Source: Candidatus Bathyarchaeota archaeon (GTDB lineage: Archaea; Thermoproteota; Bathyarchaeia; Bathyarchaeales; Bathycorpusculaceae). Taken from it: 64,000 bases of DNA. The stretch lies in NCBI GenBank assembly GCA_963772455.1, contig CAVYXJ010000011.1, forward strand, positions 86,775 through 150,774, in the 5' to 3' direction. A model generated the notes under the pieces. That model made no database searches, had not been told where the DNA came from, and was given only the letters and a program-made list of their open reading frames with translations. This document shows positions 20,077 to 30,177 of this stretch, piece by piece (positions within the stretch are counted from its first letter, which is position 1; the number at the start of each line of letters is the position of its first letter). Position numbers and translations under genes: made by a program.

Positions 20077-21441
20077 TTAGAGTCGTTTGATGTAGCGGTT
20101 GACTTCCCACTCGGTGACTTGTGTGCGGTATAGATCCCATTCGTTGCGTTTTTCTTTAAGGAAGTTATCGAAGGCAGTTTGACCAAGGGTTTCACGCATT
20201 AAGTCACTGGTTTCAAATTCGTCAAGTGCTTCTTTTAATGATTCTGGCAATGATACTATTCCTCGTGCTTTGCGTTCTTCATATGTCATGTGGTAAACGT
20301 TTAGTTCCACTGGGTCGCCTGGGTCAATTTTGTTCTTGATTCCATCTAAACCAGTTGCTAAGAGTACTGCGAATTGTAGGTATGGGTTTCCTGCGCCATC
20401 TGGGCATCGGATTTCGCATCTTGCTGCGCCTTTTCGTCCGCCGAAGTTGGGTACTCGAATTAGTGGTGAGCGGTTTTTGTGTGCCCATGCTAAGTAGACT
20501 GGGGCTTCGTAGCCTGGGACTAAGCGTTTGTAGCTGTTTGGCCATGAGTCAAGGACTGCAGCCATTTTTCGTCCGTGGGCTAATTGTCCGCCGATATAGT
20601 TTCTTGCAAGGTCAGAGAGGAAGCCGTTCTTTGCATCATCTGCGTAGAACATGTTTTGTGTTGTGTCTTTGTTCCATAGACTTTGGTGAACGTGCATGCC
20701 GCTTCCGTTGATGCCTTGGAAGGGTTTGGGCATGTATGTAGTTACGTAGCCTGCTCGTGCAGCAACAACTTTTCCGCACATTTTCATTGTTATTGCGCGG
20801 TCGGCTGTTTCAAGCGCTTCACCATATTTGAAGTCAATCTCGTTTTGTCCTAATGCAACTTCGTGGTGGCTGAGTTCTATTTCTATACCGAATGCTTCGG
20901 CTGTGTCAGCTATTTCGCGTCTAAGATCGTCAGTCAAATCGCTTGGGTGGAAATCGAAGTATCCTGCTAAGTCGATCGGTGTTGGTAGACCTCCAGTTTC
21001 GCTTTCTTTAACTATGAAGAATTCGAGTTCTGGAGCACATATGAAAGTGTAACCTGCTTTTGCAGCTTTTTCTACTGTTCGTTCAAGAACATACCTTGGA
21101 TCTCCTTCAAAGCGTTTGTTTTGCGGAGTGTAAATGTCACAAAGTAGTCTGCATGACGATTTTTCTTTTGGTCTCCAGGGCAATATTGCAAAGGTTGTTG
21201 GATCTGGAAATAGAACCATGTCTGATTCTTCGATTGGTCTGTAACCAGTAATTGATGATCCGTCGAAGGATTGACCGTTTTCAAAGATAGTTTCCAGGTT
21301 TTTTGAGCTAACTGCTATGTTCTTTAACATGCCATTTATGTCGGTGAATTGTAGCCTAACGAATTTTATTTCTTGTTCTTGGATTGTTTTGATAACTTTG
21401 GATACAGCTTCTTTCCACGCGGGGTTTTTGAAATTTTTCAT
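20077..21441 (-). CDS. glnA: Glutamine synthetase type I
   Basis: FDGSSI, ELEFF, HHEVA..Q.EI, NGSGMHVHQSL, NSYKRLVPGYEAP motifs. Confidence 0.97.
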   Translation of the reverse strand: MKNFKNPAWKEAVSKVIKTIQEQEIKFVRLQFTDINGMLKNIAVSSKNLETIFENGQSFDGSSITGYRPIEESDMVLFPDPTTFAILPWRPKEKSSCRLLCDIYTPQNKRFEGDPRYVLERTVEKAAKAGYTFICAPELEFFIVKESETGGLPTPIDLAGYFDFHPSDLTDDLRREIADTAEAFGIEIELSHHEVALGQNEIDFKYGEALETADRAITMKMCGKVVAARAGYVTTYMPKPFQGINGSGMHVHQSLWNKDTTQNMFYADDAKNGFLSDLARNYIGGQLAHGRKMAAVLDSWPNSYKRLVPGYEAPVYLAWAHKNRSPLIRVPNFGGRKGAARCEIRCPDGAGNPYLQFAVLLATGLDGIKNKIDPGDPVELNVYHMTYEERKARGIVSLPESLKEALDEFETSDLMRETLGQTAFDNFLKEKRNEWDLYRTQVTEWEVNRYIKRL

Positions 21442-21659
21442 TTTCTCATTCTCCTAGTGAGGTTTTGGCTTTAGTCTCCATATGTTATGGAAATCAGATT
21501 AAACGTAAACATATATAAGTTTATCGCTTGAATAACATCGATAATTGTTCAATATCAGCTTAATTTACTGAAAAATTGTCTGAAAGATTGCGTACTTAAT
21601 GCTTGGACAAAAATGCCCAAAAAAGATTCTTACCTAGTCAAACAACCAAAATTTTGTTA

Positions 21660-22133
21660 TTATCGCTCCCTACGCAGAAAATCGCCTATATCTAAGACGT
21701 TTCTAACAACAATTCGATTGTCATTTGAAGAATCGCGCAGTTTTTCAATAATTCTGCCAAAACCTAAACATTCGCCAAATTCGTTAAACACCAATGTATT
21801 CGTATCCTTTTTGCCTGGACCCTGAATACGAACAATACTTTTCCGTAAAATGTCTCTACCACAAATAAAAAGCCAAGCGGCTTTCTTTTCTAAGATTATT
21901 CTGTTAGCTTCTTTTTTAGCAAGCATTGCAAGCAAGTTAAAACTAGGAAAGAATTTTCCTTCTTTAGCCTTCCCCAAAAATACTCCAGCCGAAAAGAAAT
22001 TTGATCGAACTAACGGTTTCAAAGCTGGGTTTACAAGATAAAAGCGGCCTGCATTCTCAACAATCAAATCCAAATTTAATGCTATTTGCACTCCAAATTG
22101 TGAAGCAAAGTCCGTTATCGCCCTAGTGTTCAT
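21660..22133 (-). CDS. NIP7-like PUA-domain protein
   Basis: WLFICGRDI and DIGDFLRRE motifs; overlaps the m5C methyltransferase stop codon. Confidence 0.8.
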   Translation of the reverse strand: MNTRAITDFASQFGVQIALNLDLIVENAGRFYLVNPALKPLVRSNFFSAGVFLGKAKEGKFFPSFNLLAMLAKKEANRIILEKKAAWLFICGRDILRKSIVRIQGPGKKDTNTLVFNEFGECLGFGRIIEKLRDSSNDNRIVVRNVLDIGDFLRRER

Positions 22134-23020
22134 TGAAGAGGACTCCGTTTTTTAAATTTACAAATAAAGAAGCCCTGAGTTTCACCAGGCCAGAGTCGCC
22201 TGCAACGTTTAATTGAGGGATCCAGTTGTTTTCCGAAAATGTTGGTTAATCCTTTTTCTCCATTGCAATAGATTTCTTCAACTTGTAAGTTGAGATTCCT
22301 TATTGCCCAATCAACGTTCAATTCATCCTCTTCAGGTTCAAGAGAACATGTAGAATATACTATTTCACCATCATCGGCCAAGCAATGAACTGCTTCGGTT
22401 AGAATTTCCCGCTGTAAACCTGCATTGCGTTCTACATCTTTTAGTGTTCGATTTGCAAACCAGCTTTTATCTGCAGCAAAATTGCCTGAGCAAGGGGCAT
22501 CTACCAAAATTCTATCAAATTTTATATCCAAAGTAGATGCTTGCCTTGCATCCAACATGTAAACCACGGTGTTACTAACACGGCAACGTTCCAGATGGTT
22601 AACTAACGCATTCAACCGCCACTTATCCACATCTAAAGCCACAATTCCTCCCAAGTTCTCCATTAGATCCGCTAAATGCACAGTCTTGCCCCCTGGAGCC
22701 GCAGCAACATCAAGAATTTTTTTACCTTTTAAGTGGCTGAACACAGAAACTGGAATTTGGGCAGCTGCTTCTTGAATTGAATACATTCCAAGAAGATATT
22801 CGGCGGTTGCTCCTGCGGAAACTTTTGAATCTTGTACCCAATAACCTGAGTCGAGGAAAGCAATTTTTTGCAGGTGAACTCCTAATTCTGCAAGTCTACT
22901 GATGAGTTTTTTTCCTTTTGCGTTAGTATTGTTGATTCTAATTGCTTGCTTTAAGGTAACTTCTTGGAATTGCCAGCCTAATTGCTCGTAACGATTGATA
23001 AAAAATTCTTTTCCCGACAT
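22130..23020 (-). CDS. NOL1/NOP2/Sun RNA m5C methyltransferase
   Basis: IQEAAA, DVAAAPGGKT, DAPCSG, YSTCS..PEEDE motifs. Confidence 0.92.
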   Translation of the reverse strand: MSGKEFFINRYEQLGWQFQEVTLKQAIRINNTNAKGKKLISRLAELGVHLQKIAFLDSGYWVQDSKVSAGATAEYLLGMYSIQEAAAQIPVSVFSHLKGKKILDVAAAPGGKTVHLADLMENLGGIVALDVDKWRLNALVNHLERCRVSNTVVYMLDARQASTLDIKFDRILVDAPCSGNFAADKSWFANRTLKDVERNAGLQREILTEAVHCLADDGEIVYSTCSLEPEEDELNVDWAIRNLNLQVEEIYCNGEKGLTNIFGKQLDPSIKRCRRLWPGETQGFFICKFKKRSPLQ

Positions 23021-23139
23021 CAGCCTTAGATGGATGAATCACTGATAAAAACATTTCAACTTACCAAATGCATTCCATTCTCTCTTTCTTTAAAAACAAA
23101 TTCACTCAATGGTTACTTGCTAACTTTTGTATTATTCAA

Positions 23140-23439
23140 TTATATTAAGCGATTTTTTGCTTTTTTCTTTTCGTTTGAAGTCATGACTTTGCTAATTACT
23201 AAACCAGCAACTAATATTGCTACGACGCCGAATATGCCTGCAAGTAATGTAGAAACGTACTCATTTCCTGTTGAAAAGAATGAATAATCAGCCATAAGTC
23301 CGTTCCAGATATTTTGCTGCTCCTGTGCACCGTAAGTTTCTGTTACTTTTTCAAGTCCATCTGGGTTGCTAGATGCGAACGGAATTAGAACAATAAGAAA
23401 AGCTATAATCATAATTGTAGCTATGAGAAATTTTTTCAT
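23140..23439 (-). CDS. PDGLE-domain protein (NikN-type ECF component)
   Basis: FASSNPDGLE motif; two TM helices; coupled to the CbiM/NikM gene. Confidence 0.85.
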   Translation of the reverse strand: MKKFLIATIMIIAFLIVLIPFASSNPDGLEKVTETYGAQEQQNIWNGLMADYSFFSTGNEYVSTLLAGIFGVVAILVAGLVISKVMTSNEKKKAKNRLI

Positions 23440-24104
23440 ATTTTATCACTTCTTCCTTTTAACAATGATAGCCCTCCAAGGATTGTTGGATTTAACCGTT
23501 GAATAGACGTTATTAAAACGGTTGTTATTGCACCTTCACCTACGCCTATTATACCGTGTAGAAGCAGCATAGAAGGTAGGGTAACAGTCAAACCTCCTGA
23601 GAATGCTGGAGCAATTTCAAAGCTTGTGATTATAGCTCCGAGCATAACTGAAATCCATGATGAAATAAAAACGCTTGAGACAAACCATTTTTGGCTACTG
23701 TTTTTTCTTGTTAATGCTTTGATTAAGAAATAACTTAACCCACCAATTATTGCCATGTTAAACATGTTCATACCGAATGCAACGATTCCTCCGTCTGCAA
23801 AAAAAAGCGCTTGCATCCCCAAAACTAAGGTCATGCTTAAAATGGCTGCGTATGGACCTAAAAGCACCGCTAGAAAAGTTCCGCCGACTAAATGTCCGCT
23901 TGAGCCGAAGGCTATGGGGAAGTTTATCATCTGTGCAGCGAATATGAATGCACTTGAAATTGCCAGCAGAGCTGTGATTGAGCGTGTGTATGTCTGTTGT
24001 GCTTTTTTCCAGGACCATATAAGAATTCCGATGGATAGAGCCCACATTATGATTGCTAAAATGATTGAGGTGCTGTTGAGGATTAACCCATCAGAGATAT
24101 GCAT
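23436..24104 (-). CDS. cbiM: Ni/Co ECF transporter S component CbiM/NikM
   Basis: N-terminal MHISDG; FAAQMINFP, GSSGHLVG, QALFFADGG motifs. Confidence 0.9.
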   Translation of the reverse strand: MHISDGLILNSTSIILAIIMWALSIGILIWSWKKAQQTYTRSITALLAISSAFIFAAQMINFPIAFGSSGHLVGGTFLAVLLGPYAAILSMTLVLGMQALFFADGGIVAFGMNMFNMAIIGGLSYFLIKALTRKNSSQKWFVSSVFISSWISVMLGAIITSFEIAPAFSGGLTVTLPSMLLLHGIIGVGEGAITTVLITSIQRLNPTILGGLSLLKGRSDKI

Positions 24105-24117
24105 CTATCAGCTTCCA

Positions 24118-24145
24118 GTAACACTTTTTAAGTCAATCGTGCTAC
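24118..24145. promoter_or_regulatory. Putative NikR operator
   Basis: 28-bp inverted repeat GTAACAC-N14-GTGCTAC (GTA-N22-TAC geometry of known NikR sites) between the cbiM TATA-like box (~24150-24158, minus strand) and its ATG; nikR is divergent. Confidence 0.75.
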
Positions 24146-24196
24146 TCTTAATATAAAAGCTTTTAGGCACAATAAACAACTTTTATTCGAGATAAC

Positions 24197-24604
24197 ATGA
24201 CCAAAATTGTTCGAGTAGGCGTGACATTCCCACCTGAACTTCTACAAGACTTCGACGAAATCACCTCTAAAATGGGCTACGACAGCCGCAGCAAAGCCAT
24301 TCAAGATGCTGTAAGACTTTTCGTTTCCGAACGCAAATGGGTCAAAGAAGAAGATGCCCAACAAACAGGCGTTTTGCTTATGGTTTACGACCATGACACC
24401 AAAGGATTAGAGAGCGACTTAACAGAAGAGCAGCATCAACATACCGAATTGATTTCCTCAACAATGCACATTCACCTTGGCGAACACGACTGTCTAGAAG
24501 TTATAGCTGTAAAAGGCAGAGGTTCAGAAATCAGGCATTTAAGTGACCATTTGGCCTCAAGAAGAGGAGTAAAAATACTCAAATCAATGATTGTTTCAGT
24601 TTAA
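24197..24604 (+). CDS. nikR: Nickel-responsive regulator NikR
   Basis: RHH N-terminus RVGVTF...SRSKAIQDA; YDH, H.H.....CLE Ni ligands. Confidence 0.93.
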   Translation: MTKIVRVGVTFPPELLQDFDEITSKMGYDSRSKAIQDAVRLFVSERKWVKEEDAQQTGVLLMVYDHDTKGLESDLTEEQHQHTELISSTMHIHLGEHDCLEVIAVKGRGSEIRHLSDHLASRRGVKILKSMIVSV

Positions 24605-25512
24605 CATTTTACTGCAAACATTCGTTCCAACGAGGCACGGGCTTTTTTTGCGACTTCTTCAGGAATTTTGACTATATTCTTTTCTTCTTTAAGGGCATTG
24701 TAGAGTTCTTCAAGGGTGGTTAGTTTCATGTTTGGGCAAATTGCACCTTGATATGCAAGGTAAAAGTTTTTTTGCGGGTTTTCTTTTCGTAATCTATGCA
24801 AGATGCCTTCTTCTGTACCTACAATGAAATCTTTAGCGTTTGATTCTTTGACATATTTACAAATTTTTGATGTGCTGCCAACGAAATCTGCTACTTTGCG
24901 CATCTCAGAGGTACATTCGGGGTGAACAATTGAAATTGCTCCTGGATGTTGCATTTTTAGAACTTTTACATCTTCGGGTTGGAATAGAATGTGGGTTGGG
25001 CAGAATCCGTTTTCAGGGATGGGAATTATTTTTTTGCCTGTTTTTTCGCTGACGTATTCTGCGAGGTTTTTATCAGGTCCAAACAGAATTGTGTCGGCGT
25101 TAAGTGATTTTACTACTTCTACAGCGTTAGCACTGGTACAGCATACGTCACATTCAGCTTTACAGGATGCTAATGTATTGACGTATAATACTACTGGCGC
25201 ATTTGGATACTTTTTCTTTGCACGTCTTATTTCATCAACTGTTAACATTTGTGCCATTGGACAGCGTGCACCCAAACAGGGTAGAAGAACTTTTTTCGTT
25301 GGATTCAAGATGGCAGCTGATTCCGCCATAAAATCAACCGCACAAAAAACGATGATTTCAGCTTCTTTTTCCTCAGCTGCTTTGCGGCTAAGCTCGATAC
25401 TATCGCCGACATAATCAGCTATGTCTTGGATTTCTGGGCGCTGGTAATTATGGGCTAGTATCACGGCTTTCTTTTCTTTTTTGAGTTTTTGGATTTTGTC
25501 TGATAAAGTCAT
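24601..25512 (-). CDS. nadA: Quinolinate synthase
   Basis: LAHNYQ, DFMAES, CPMA, YVNT, CTSANA, CPTH, HPEC, CPNMK motifs. Confidence 0.96.
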   Translation of the reverse strand: MTLSDKIQKLKKEKKAVILAHNYQRPEIQDIADYVGDSIELSRKAAEEKEAEIIVFCAVDFMAESAAILNPTKKVLLPCLGARCPMAQMLTVDEIRRAKKKYPNAPVVLYVNTLASCKAECDVCCTSANAVEVVKSLNADTILFGPDKNLAEYVSEKTGKKIIPIPENGFCPTHILFQPEDVKVLKMQHPGAISIVHPECTSEMRKVADFVGSTSKICKYVKESNAKDFIVGTEEGILHRLRKENPQKNFYLAYQGAICPNMKLTTLEELYNALKEEKNIVKIPEEVAKKARASLERMFAVKC

Positions 25513-25922
25513 GTTTTCGCCTGATTAGGGTTAAACGTGAAAAATAAGAAAGGCAAGTTATTAGATATAATCTTTTACATCGATATTTTGCCTTTGAACA
25601 TGCAGACCAAACTAAACAAACTATTATTCCTCTGAACGTTTAATGCGAGTGTTGCTAAAAGTTTGTTGTAGTTTTATTGCCAATTATCTTATATTGAGTC
25701 TGAAAACAATAGTAGTTATCAGGTTGATTGGTTTGACAGTTGATGCAAGCAGAACAACAAAGCCAAAGCTGCCTAAAAAAAGGATATTAAAGAAGATAAC
25801 TCGAAGATAGTCTTTGTTCACTCTTCGCGGATACTTCATGATTTCTTACTGAAAAGGATAATTCTAGAAAAGTTTTGTTATTAGGATAAAGACAATAAAA
25901 AGAAAGATGGTTTTGGGTTAAC

Positions 25923-26432
25923 CTATTCTATTTTTGAAGCCAAGTATTTGAGATGGAATGGCTTTATTACTATTCCACCCTTCAGATCGGCGTTAAATGT
26001 TTGACTTTCAATTACACAATCTGACAATTCTGAATCAAGAGCTCGGATGAATGCGGCAAAGTTTTCAAAGTTTTCATGTAGCGAAATGCAAACAGTATCC
26101 CACCCCATGCCCCTGCCGTCTAAAGCCAGAATCACATTGGCTTGATTTATGAACCATTCTTTCATTTTTGTTAGTGCTTGAGTTTTCTCCTCTCCTGTTG
26201 TGCCCTTCAGTTTACTTTTCAAAAATGTTATCGCTGCAATATCAAATCCGATTTGACCAAATTTCGGAATTACTGTATAGCCTTCGATAAAGTTTTCTTC
26301 AAGCATAGCTCGTCTTCTGGTAACTGTAGGCTGTGAAACTCCCAAGGCTTTTGCAAGTTGTCTATCGCTTCTATGTGAGTCTTTCATTAGCTCAAACAGA
26401 ATCTTGTAATCTATTGGTTTCAAATCTTTCAT
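25923..26432 (-). CDS. Lrp/AsnC family transcriptional regulator
   Basis: DYKILFELMKDSHRSDRQLAKALGVSQPTVTRR HTH; probable start ATG 26432. Confidence 0.85.
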   Translation of the reverse strand: MKDLKPIDYKILFELMKDSHRSDRQLAKALGVSQPTVTRRRAMLEENFIEGYTVIPKFGQIGFDIAAITFLKSKLKGTTGEEKTQALTKMKEWFINQANVILALDGRGMGWDTVCISLHENFENFAAFIRALDSELSDCVIESQTFNADLKGGIVIKPFHLKYLASKIE

Positions 26433-26592
26433 TACAATCAACTTAACCGATATTTTGTTATCCAATAGATTTTTTGGACATCATATATAAACATCATGTT
26501 GAAAAAACAAAAAACCTTCGAGTACAACAGTGAAACAATAGGAACTTTTAAGAGAAAAAAACTCGTCTAACCATGCAGGAGCACCCATATTC

Positions 26593-27951
26593 ATGCCCAT
26601 AATGATGCAAAATGGAATAGAAGAAGAAATTACACGGTTCTTGAGCGACTTAATTCGTATAAATACAACTAATCCTCCTGGAAAAGAGAGTTCTGCAGCT
26701 GCCTTTGTGGCCCAGTATCTCGCTAGAGAGGGCATTGAATCTGAAATTATTGAGTCAGCGCCGGGGAGAGGTAGCCTTCTTAGTCGGTTGAATGGGTCAG
26801 GTGAAAAACCTAACTTGCTGTTGCTTTCGCACCTTGATGTTGTTGCTGCAAATCCCAATGAATGGTCTGTTGACCCTTTTGGAGGCATAGTAAAAGACGG
26901 ATACGTCTATGGTAGAGGTGCATATGATATGAAAGGTATGACCGCAGTGGAAGTTTTCACATTGCTTTTGCTAAAAAGAAATAATATCTCACTAAAAGGC
27001 GACATTGTGCTTGCAGCAACGGCTGACGAAGAAAAAGGTGGCGAAGAAGGTGCAGGCTACCTACTTAGTCATTATAAAGAAAAAGTTTGGTGCCCTTATG
27101 TCCTTAATGAAGGCGGAGGATTAGCTATCCCTCAAAAGAAAGGCAACGTCTATCCCGTGCAAACTGCGGAAAAAGGCATTTTGTGGTTTAAAGTAAAAGC
27201 CAAAGGCACTCCAGGGCATGGTTCTACTCCAAACACTGCTGACAATGCCATTGTCCGAATGAACAAAGTTATAACTAAACTCGTAGAGTACCAGCATGAA
27301 ACTGTATATGTGCCAACTCTTAGGCAGTTTTTGACTGAGATATCAAAAATTAATCCTGACCTTGAAAATAGTTTGTCGCATTTAATGAGCAATCCTAAAC
27401 AAAGTGAACAAATTCTTGATGAATTAGCTAAGACAAACAAGGTTTTAGCTGAAGAAATCAGGCCAAGAGCTAAAACAACTATTACCCCAACCATAATTCA
27501 TGGCGGTGTAAAAGAGAACATCATTCCTTCTGAATGTGAAGCAGTTTTCGATTGCCGAGTTCTTCCAGGTCAAAGTGTTGTTGAAACACTTGGTTTGATT
27601 AAAAACTTACTATTGGATGTCGGAATTGATAAGTTAAGTTTTGAAATTATACAGATGCATGATGGCAACGAATCCACTACTCAAACACCTCTCTACAATA
27701 CCATATCGAGTGTTCTAAAAGAGTTTGAACCATGCTGCGGAGTAACCCCGACATTAACTACAGGCGGTACCGATTCACGCTTCTTTAGAGAAACAGGAAG
27801 TATCTGTTACGGTTTCCACCCAATGCGGCCAGATGAACCAAACGATCTGCTGGAAAAGCGGATGCATGGGATTGACGAGCGGATAACGATTGAGAATCTT
27901 GTTTTTGGAACAAGCATCTTCTATGAAACAGTGAAACGTTTCATGACTTAG
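26593..27951 (+). CDS. M20/M25/M40 metallopeptidase
   Basis: SHLDVV, GRGAYDMKG, DEEKGG, NEGG, GGTDSRF, HGIDERI motifs. Confidence 0.92.
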   Translation: MPIMMQNGIEEEITRFLSDLIRINTTNPPGKESSAAAFVAQYLAREGIESEIIESAPGRGSLLSRLNGSGEKPNLLLLSHLDVVAANPNEWSVDPFGGIVKDGYVYGRGAYDMKGMTAVEVFTLLLLKRNNISLKGDIVLAATADEEKGGEEGAGYLLSHYKEKVWCPYVLNEGGGLAIPQKKGNVYPVQTAEKGILWFKVKAKGTPGHGSTPNTADNAIVRMNKVITKLVEYQHETVYVPTLRQFLTEISKINPDLENSLSHLMSNPKQSEQILDELAKTNKVLAEEIRPRAKTTITPTIIHGGVKENIIPSECEAVFDCRVLPGQSVVETLGLIKNLLLDVGIDKLSFEIIQMHDGNESTTQTPLYNTISSVLKEFEPCCGVTPTLTTGGTDSRFFRETGSICYGFHPMRPDEPNDLLEKRMHGIDERITIENLVFGTSIFYETVKRFMT

Positions 27952-28049
27952 CTCTGCCACCTATCTTTGTTTTTTTTATCCGTTTAACTTTTATTTCTAT
28001 TTACCCTTTTCATTGCCAAAGACTCGTCTGCCATAGAGGAAACCTAAAA

Positions 28050-28592
28050 ATGTTCACTGGACAAGCGTTAGTAAACAAAGAGCCCCCCAACCTCGAAGTG
28101 GTAAAAACCGTCGGAGTAATTTCTGATACGCACGTGCCCAACAGAGCAAGGTGTATTCCTAAGCGGGTTTTTGAAATCTTTGAAGGCGTCGACTATATCA
28201 TTCATGCAGGCGATTTAATAGAGTTGGCAGTGATAGATGAATTGGAGCGAATCGCGCCTGTTTTAGCAGTTCGAGGAAACTCAGATGGCTTTGATGTTAC
28301 TAATGTATTGCCAAAGCTTAACTCGCTAAAAGTTTTTGATTGGAAGATCGGCGTCATGCATTATCAAAATATTCTCGATGGATTAGATTCGATGGATGAA
28401 ATCGCTAATTCAATGGGGTTTGACGTTTACGTTTATGGACACACACATATTGCTGACATAAAATGGAAAGGCAAAGTCCTTTACATTAACCCAGGTAGCC
28501 CAACTGACCCGCCTTCTGTCATGGTTAAACCTTCGGTTGGATTGTTGAAAATAACCCAAAAAACTATTACACCGCAAATATTCAAGTTTTAA
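28050..28592 (+). CDS. Metallophosphoesterase (YfcE/MJ0936 family)
   Basis: SDTH, HAGD, GNSD, GHTH, NPGS motifs. Confidence 0.9.
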   Translation: MFTGQALVNKEPPNLEVVKTVGVISDTHVPNRARCIPKRVFEIFEGVDYIIHAGDLIELAVIDELERIAPVLAVRGNSDGFDVTNVLPKLNSLKVFDWKIGVMHYQNILDGLDSMDEIANSMGFDVYVYGHTHIADIKWKGKVLYINPGSPTDPPSVMVKPSVGLLKITQKTITPQIFKF

Positions 28593-29065
28593 CTTACCAA
28601 AATTGCTCCATAAAAGAGAAAGTAGAGAACAATTCCTAAAATTAAAGCAGAAATCCAAGCTGTAATGGTGATACGCATGATTGACTTTCTTTTAAAGCAT
28701 CCCGTGAACTCTTTACTGAAATGCCAAGCAGCGACCAGCCAACCACCTAAGAGCATTACTGAAATTCCTGCAATCCCATGAAGAAGGCCGATTATTGATA
28801 TTAACTCTAGAGGAAACGGAATAATGTAAGATGGAACTATGGAAATTACAAAAGAAGGAATCATAATTACAAAAATCATTATCAAATGAAGAACAAGTGC
28901 AACTGCCATTGTCATTCCATGTTGGCGAAATTTTAACTTCTTCTTCAACGAGTAACCGTACAGAAGCAGAAACAATACAATAACTTGAATAATCAAACTT
29001 GCAGTAGCAATAAGCGCATATGGGTCAGATAATATAGCCATAACTTCACAGATCAATATTCTCAA
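28589..29065 (-). CDS. Four-TM membrane protein (DUF420-like, possibly heme-binding)
   Basis: Four hydrophobic helices with intramembrane His residues (QHG, HGIAG). Confidence 0.55.
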   Translation of the reverse strand: MRILICEVMAILSDPYALIATASLIIQVIVLFLLLYGYSLKKKLKFRQHGMTMAVALVLHLIMIFVIMIPSFVISIVPSYIIPFPLELISIIGLLHGIAGISVMLLGGWLVAAWHFSKEFTGCFKRKSIMRITITAWISALILGIVLYFLFYGAILVS

Positions 29066-29177
29066 CCTTCACGTATAAAGTTTCACTTTCACTCAACCCT
29101 CTCCAGAACAAAACATTAGTTTGTACAATTGCCTTAAAAGCAAAAAGCAATTAACAGAAGGCTTGAAGGCAAAAAGA

Positions 29178-29315
29178 ATGGAACATTGTAGAAATCCCTG
29201 GAAAGAAGTCTGCAAAAGCGAAAACATCAAACTCTACATTCAAGTAAAAGGCGAAAACCTGCCTATCTGTCAACAATGTTGGAGCAAAATAGCTGACCAA
29301 GAGGAGGATTGGTAA
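29178..29315 (+). CDS. 45-aa zinc-finger microprotein
   Basis: MEHCRNPWKEVC...LPICQQCW; stop codon lies 1 nt before the next ATG. Confidence 0.65.
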   Translation: MEHCRNPWKEVCKSENIKLYIQVKGENLPICQQCWSKIADQEEDW

Positions 29316-29316
29316 A

Positions 29317-29556
29317 ATGGAAAACTTTAGAGCCAATAGTGCAAGAGCATTCATTGGAAGAAACGTTAATCTTCACCTAAAAGACGGAGCAGTAATAATA
29401 AATGTGCAATTAACAAAACTATTCAAAGGTGTAGGAAAAAACAACAATCAAATCGAGTATTCATTGAATGGAAATCACAAGGCTACTCGTGTACCTCTTA
29501 AAAACATTGCATGGGCAGAGATGCTTGATTTAAACATAGTTGAAAACATAGCTTAA
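29317..29556 (+). CDS. Small Sm/LSm-like beta-barrel protein
   Basis: FIGRNVNLHLKDG and RVPLKNIAWAE resemble Sm1/Sm2 motifs. Confidence 0.5.
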   Translation: MENFRANSARAFIGRNVNLHLKDGAVIINVQLTKLFKGVGKNNNQIEYSLNGNHKATRVPLKNIAWAEMLDLNIVENIA

Positions 29557-29609
29557 AAGAATGAACTATAGATAAAATAAATATACTTCCCGTAATATTT
29601 GCTCAGTTT

Positions 29610-29990
29610 ATGCATTGTTCAAACTGTGGAGTATGTTGTACTGAAACAGAGATGCTGCTTTCTAAAAAAGATATCAAACGCTTGGAGAAGAGTGGTTTCA
29701 AGCAAAATCAATTTGTGATATTTGATAGGAATGGATACGCTCAAATAAGAAACCTGGAAGGTTACTGTTTTTTTTATGACCGATTAAATCATCAGTGCAG
29801 TGTTTACAGTGATCGACCTGCTGGTTGCAGAGTTTACCCTGTTATTCTTGATGAGGAAACAGGAATAATTTTGGATGATATTTGTGAGTCTAATAAGTCA
29901 ATTACTCAGTCCGAGAAGAACCTAAAGGGTAAACGAGTGATTAAGCTTCTTGAGATAATTGATTCTGAAGCGCGTGAAAGGTGCAAGTAG
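29610..29990 (+). CDS. YkgJ family cysteine-cluster (CxxCxxCC) protein
   Basis: CSNCGVCC, CFFY, CSVY..RP..CRVYP motifs. Confidence 0.9.
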   Translation: MHCSNCGVCCTETEMLLSKKDIKRLEKSGFKQNQFVIFDRNGYAQIRNLEGYCFFYDRLNHQCSVYSDRPAGCRVYPVILDEETGIILDDICESNKSITQSEKNLKGKRVIKLLEIIDSEARERCK

Positions 29991-29997
29991 AAGTTAT

Positions 29998-30174
29998 TTA
30001 TGATTTCTTTGCAAAATTAGATTGTTTGCATTGCCAACATTTTACTGCTTTGTTGTTTTGTGCATCTAACTCGCTTCGAGGCATCATGTTTGTTCGTATC
30101 AGTTTGCCGCAGGAATCGCAGAAAAATTGAACTTCGGCTACTCGTTCATTGTTTTGAAGGAGTTTTATTGGCAA
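29998..30174 (-). CDS. 58-aa zinc-ribbon microprotein
   Basis: TTG start 3 nt after the upstream stop; MPIKLLQNNERVAEVQFFCDSCGK...KCWQCKQSNFAKKS*. Confidence 0.65.
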   Translation of the reverse strand: MPIKLLQNNERVAEVQFFCDSCGKLIRTNMMPRSELDAQNNKAVKCWQCKQSNFAKKS

Positions 30175-30177
30175 AAT

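Noticed and set aside
25733-25810. 25-aa basic ORF MTVDASRTTKPKLPKKRILKKITRR
   Set aside because: Too short, with no recognisable family; may be chance
29178-29315. Zn-finger peptide ending EEDW resembles the LysW tail EEDWGE
   Set aside because: No terminal GE, and the Cys spacing is not LysW-like
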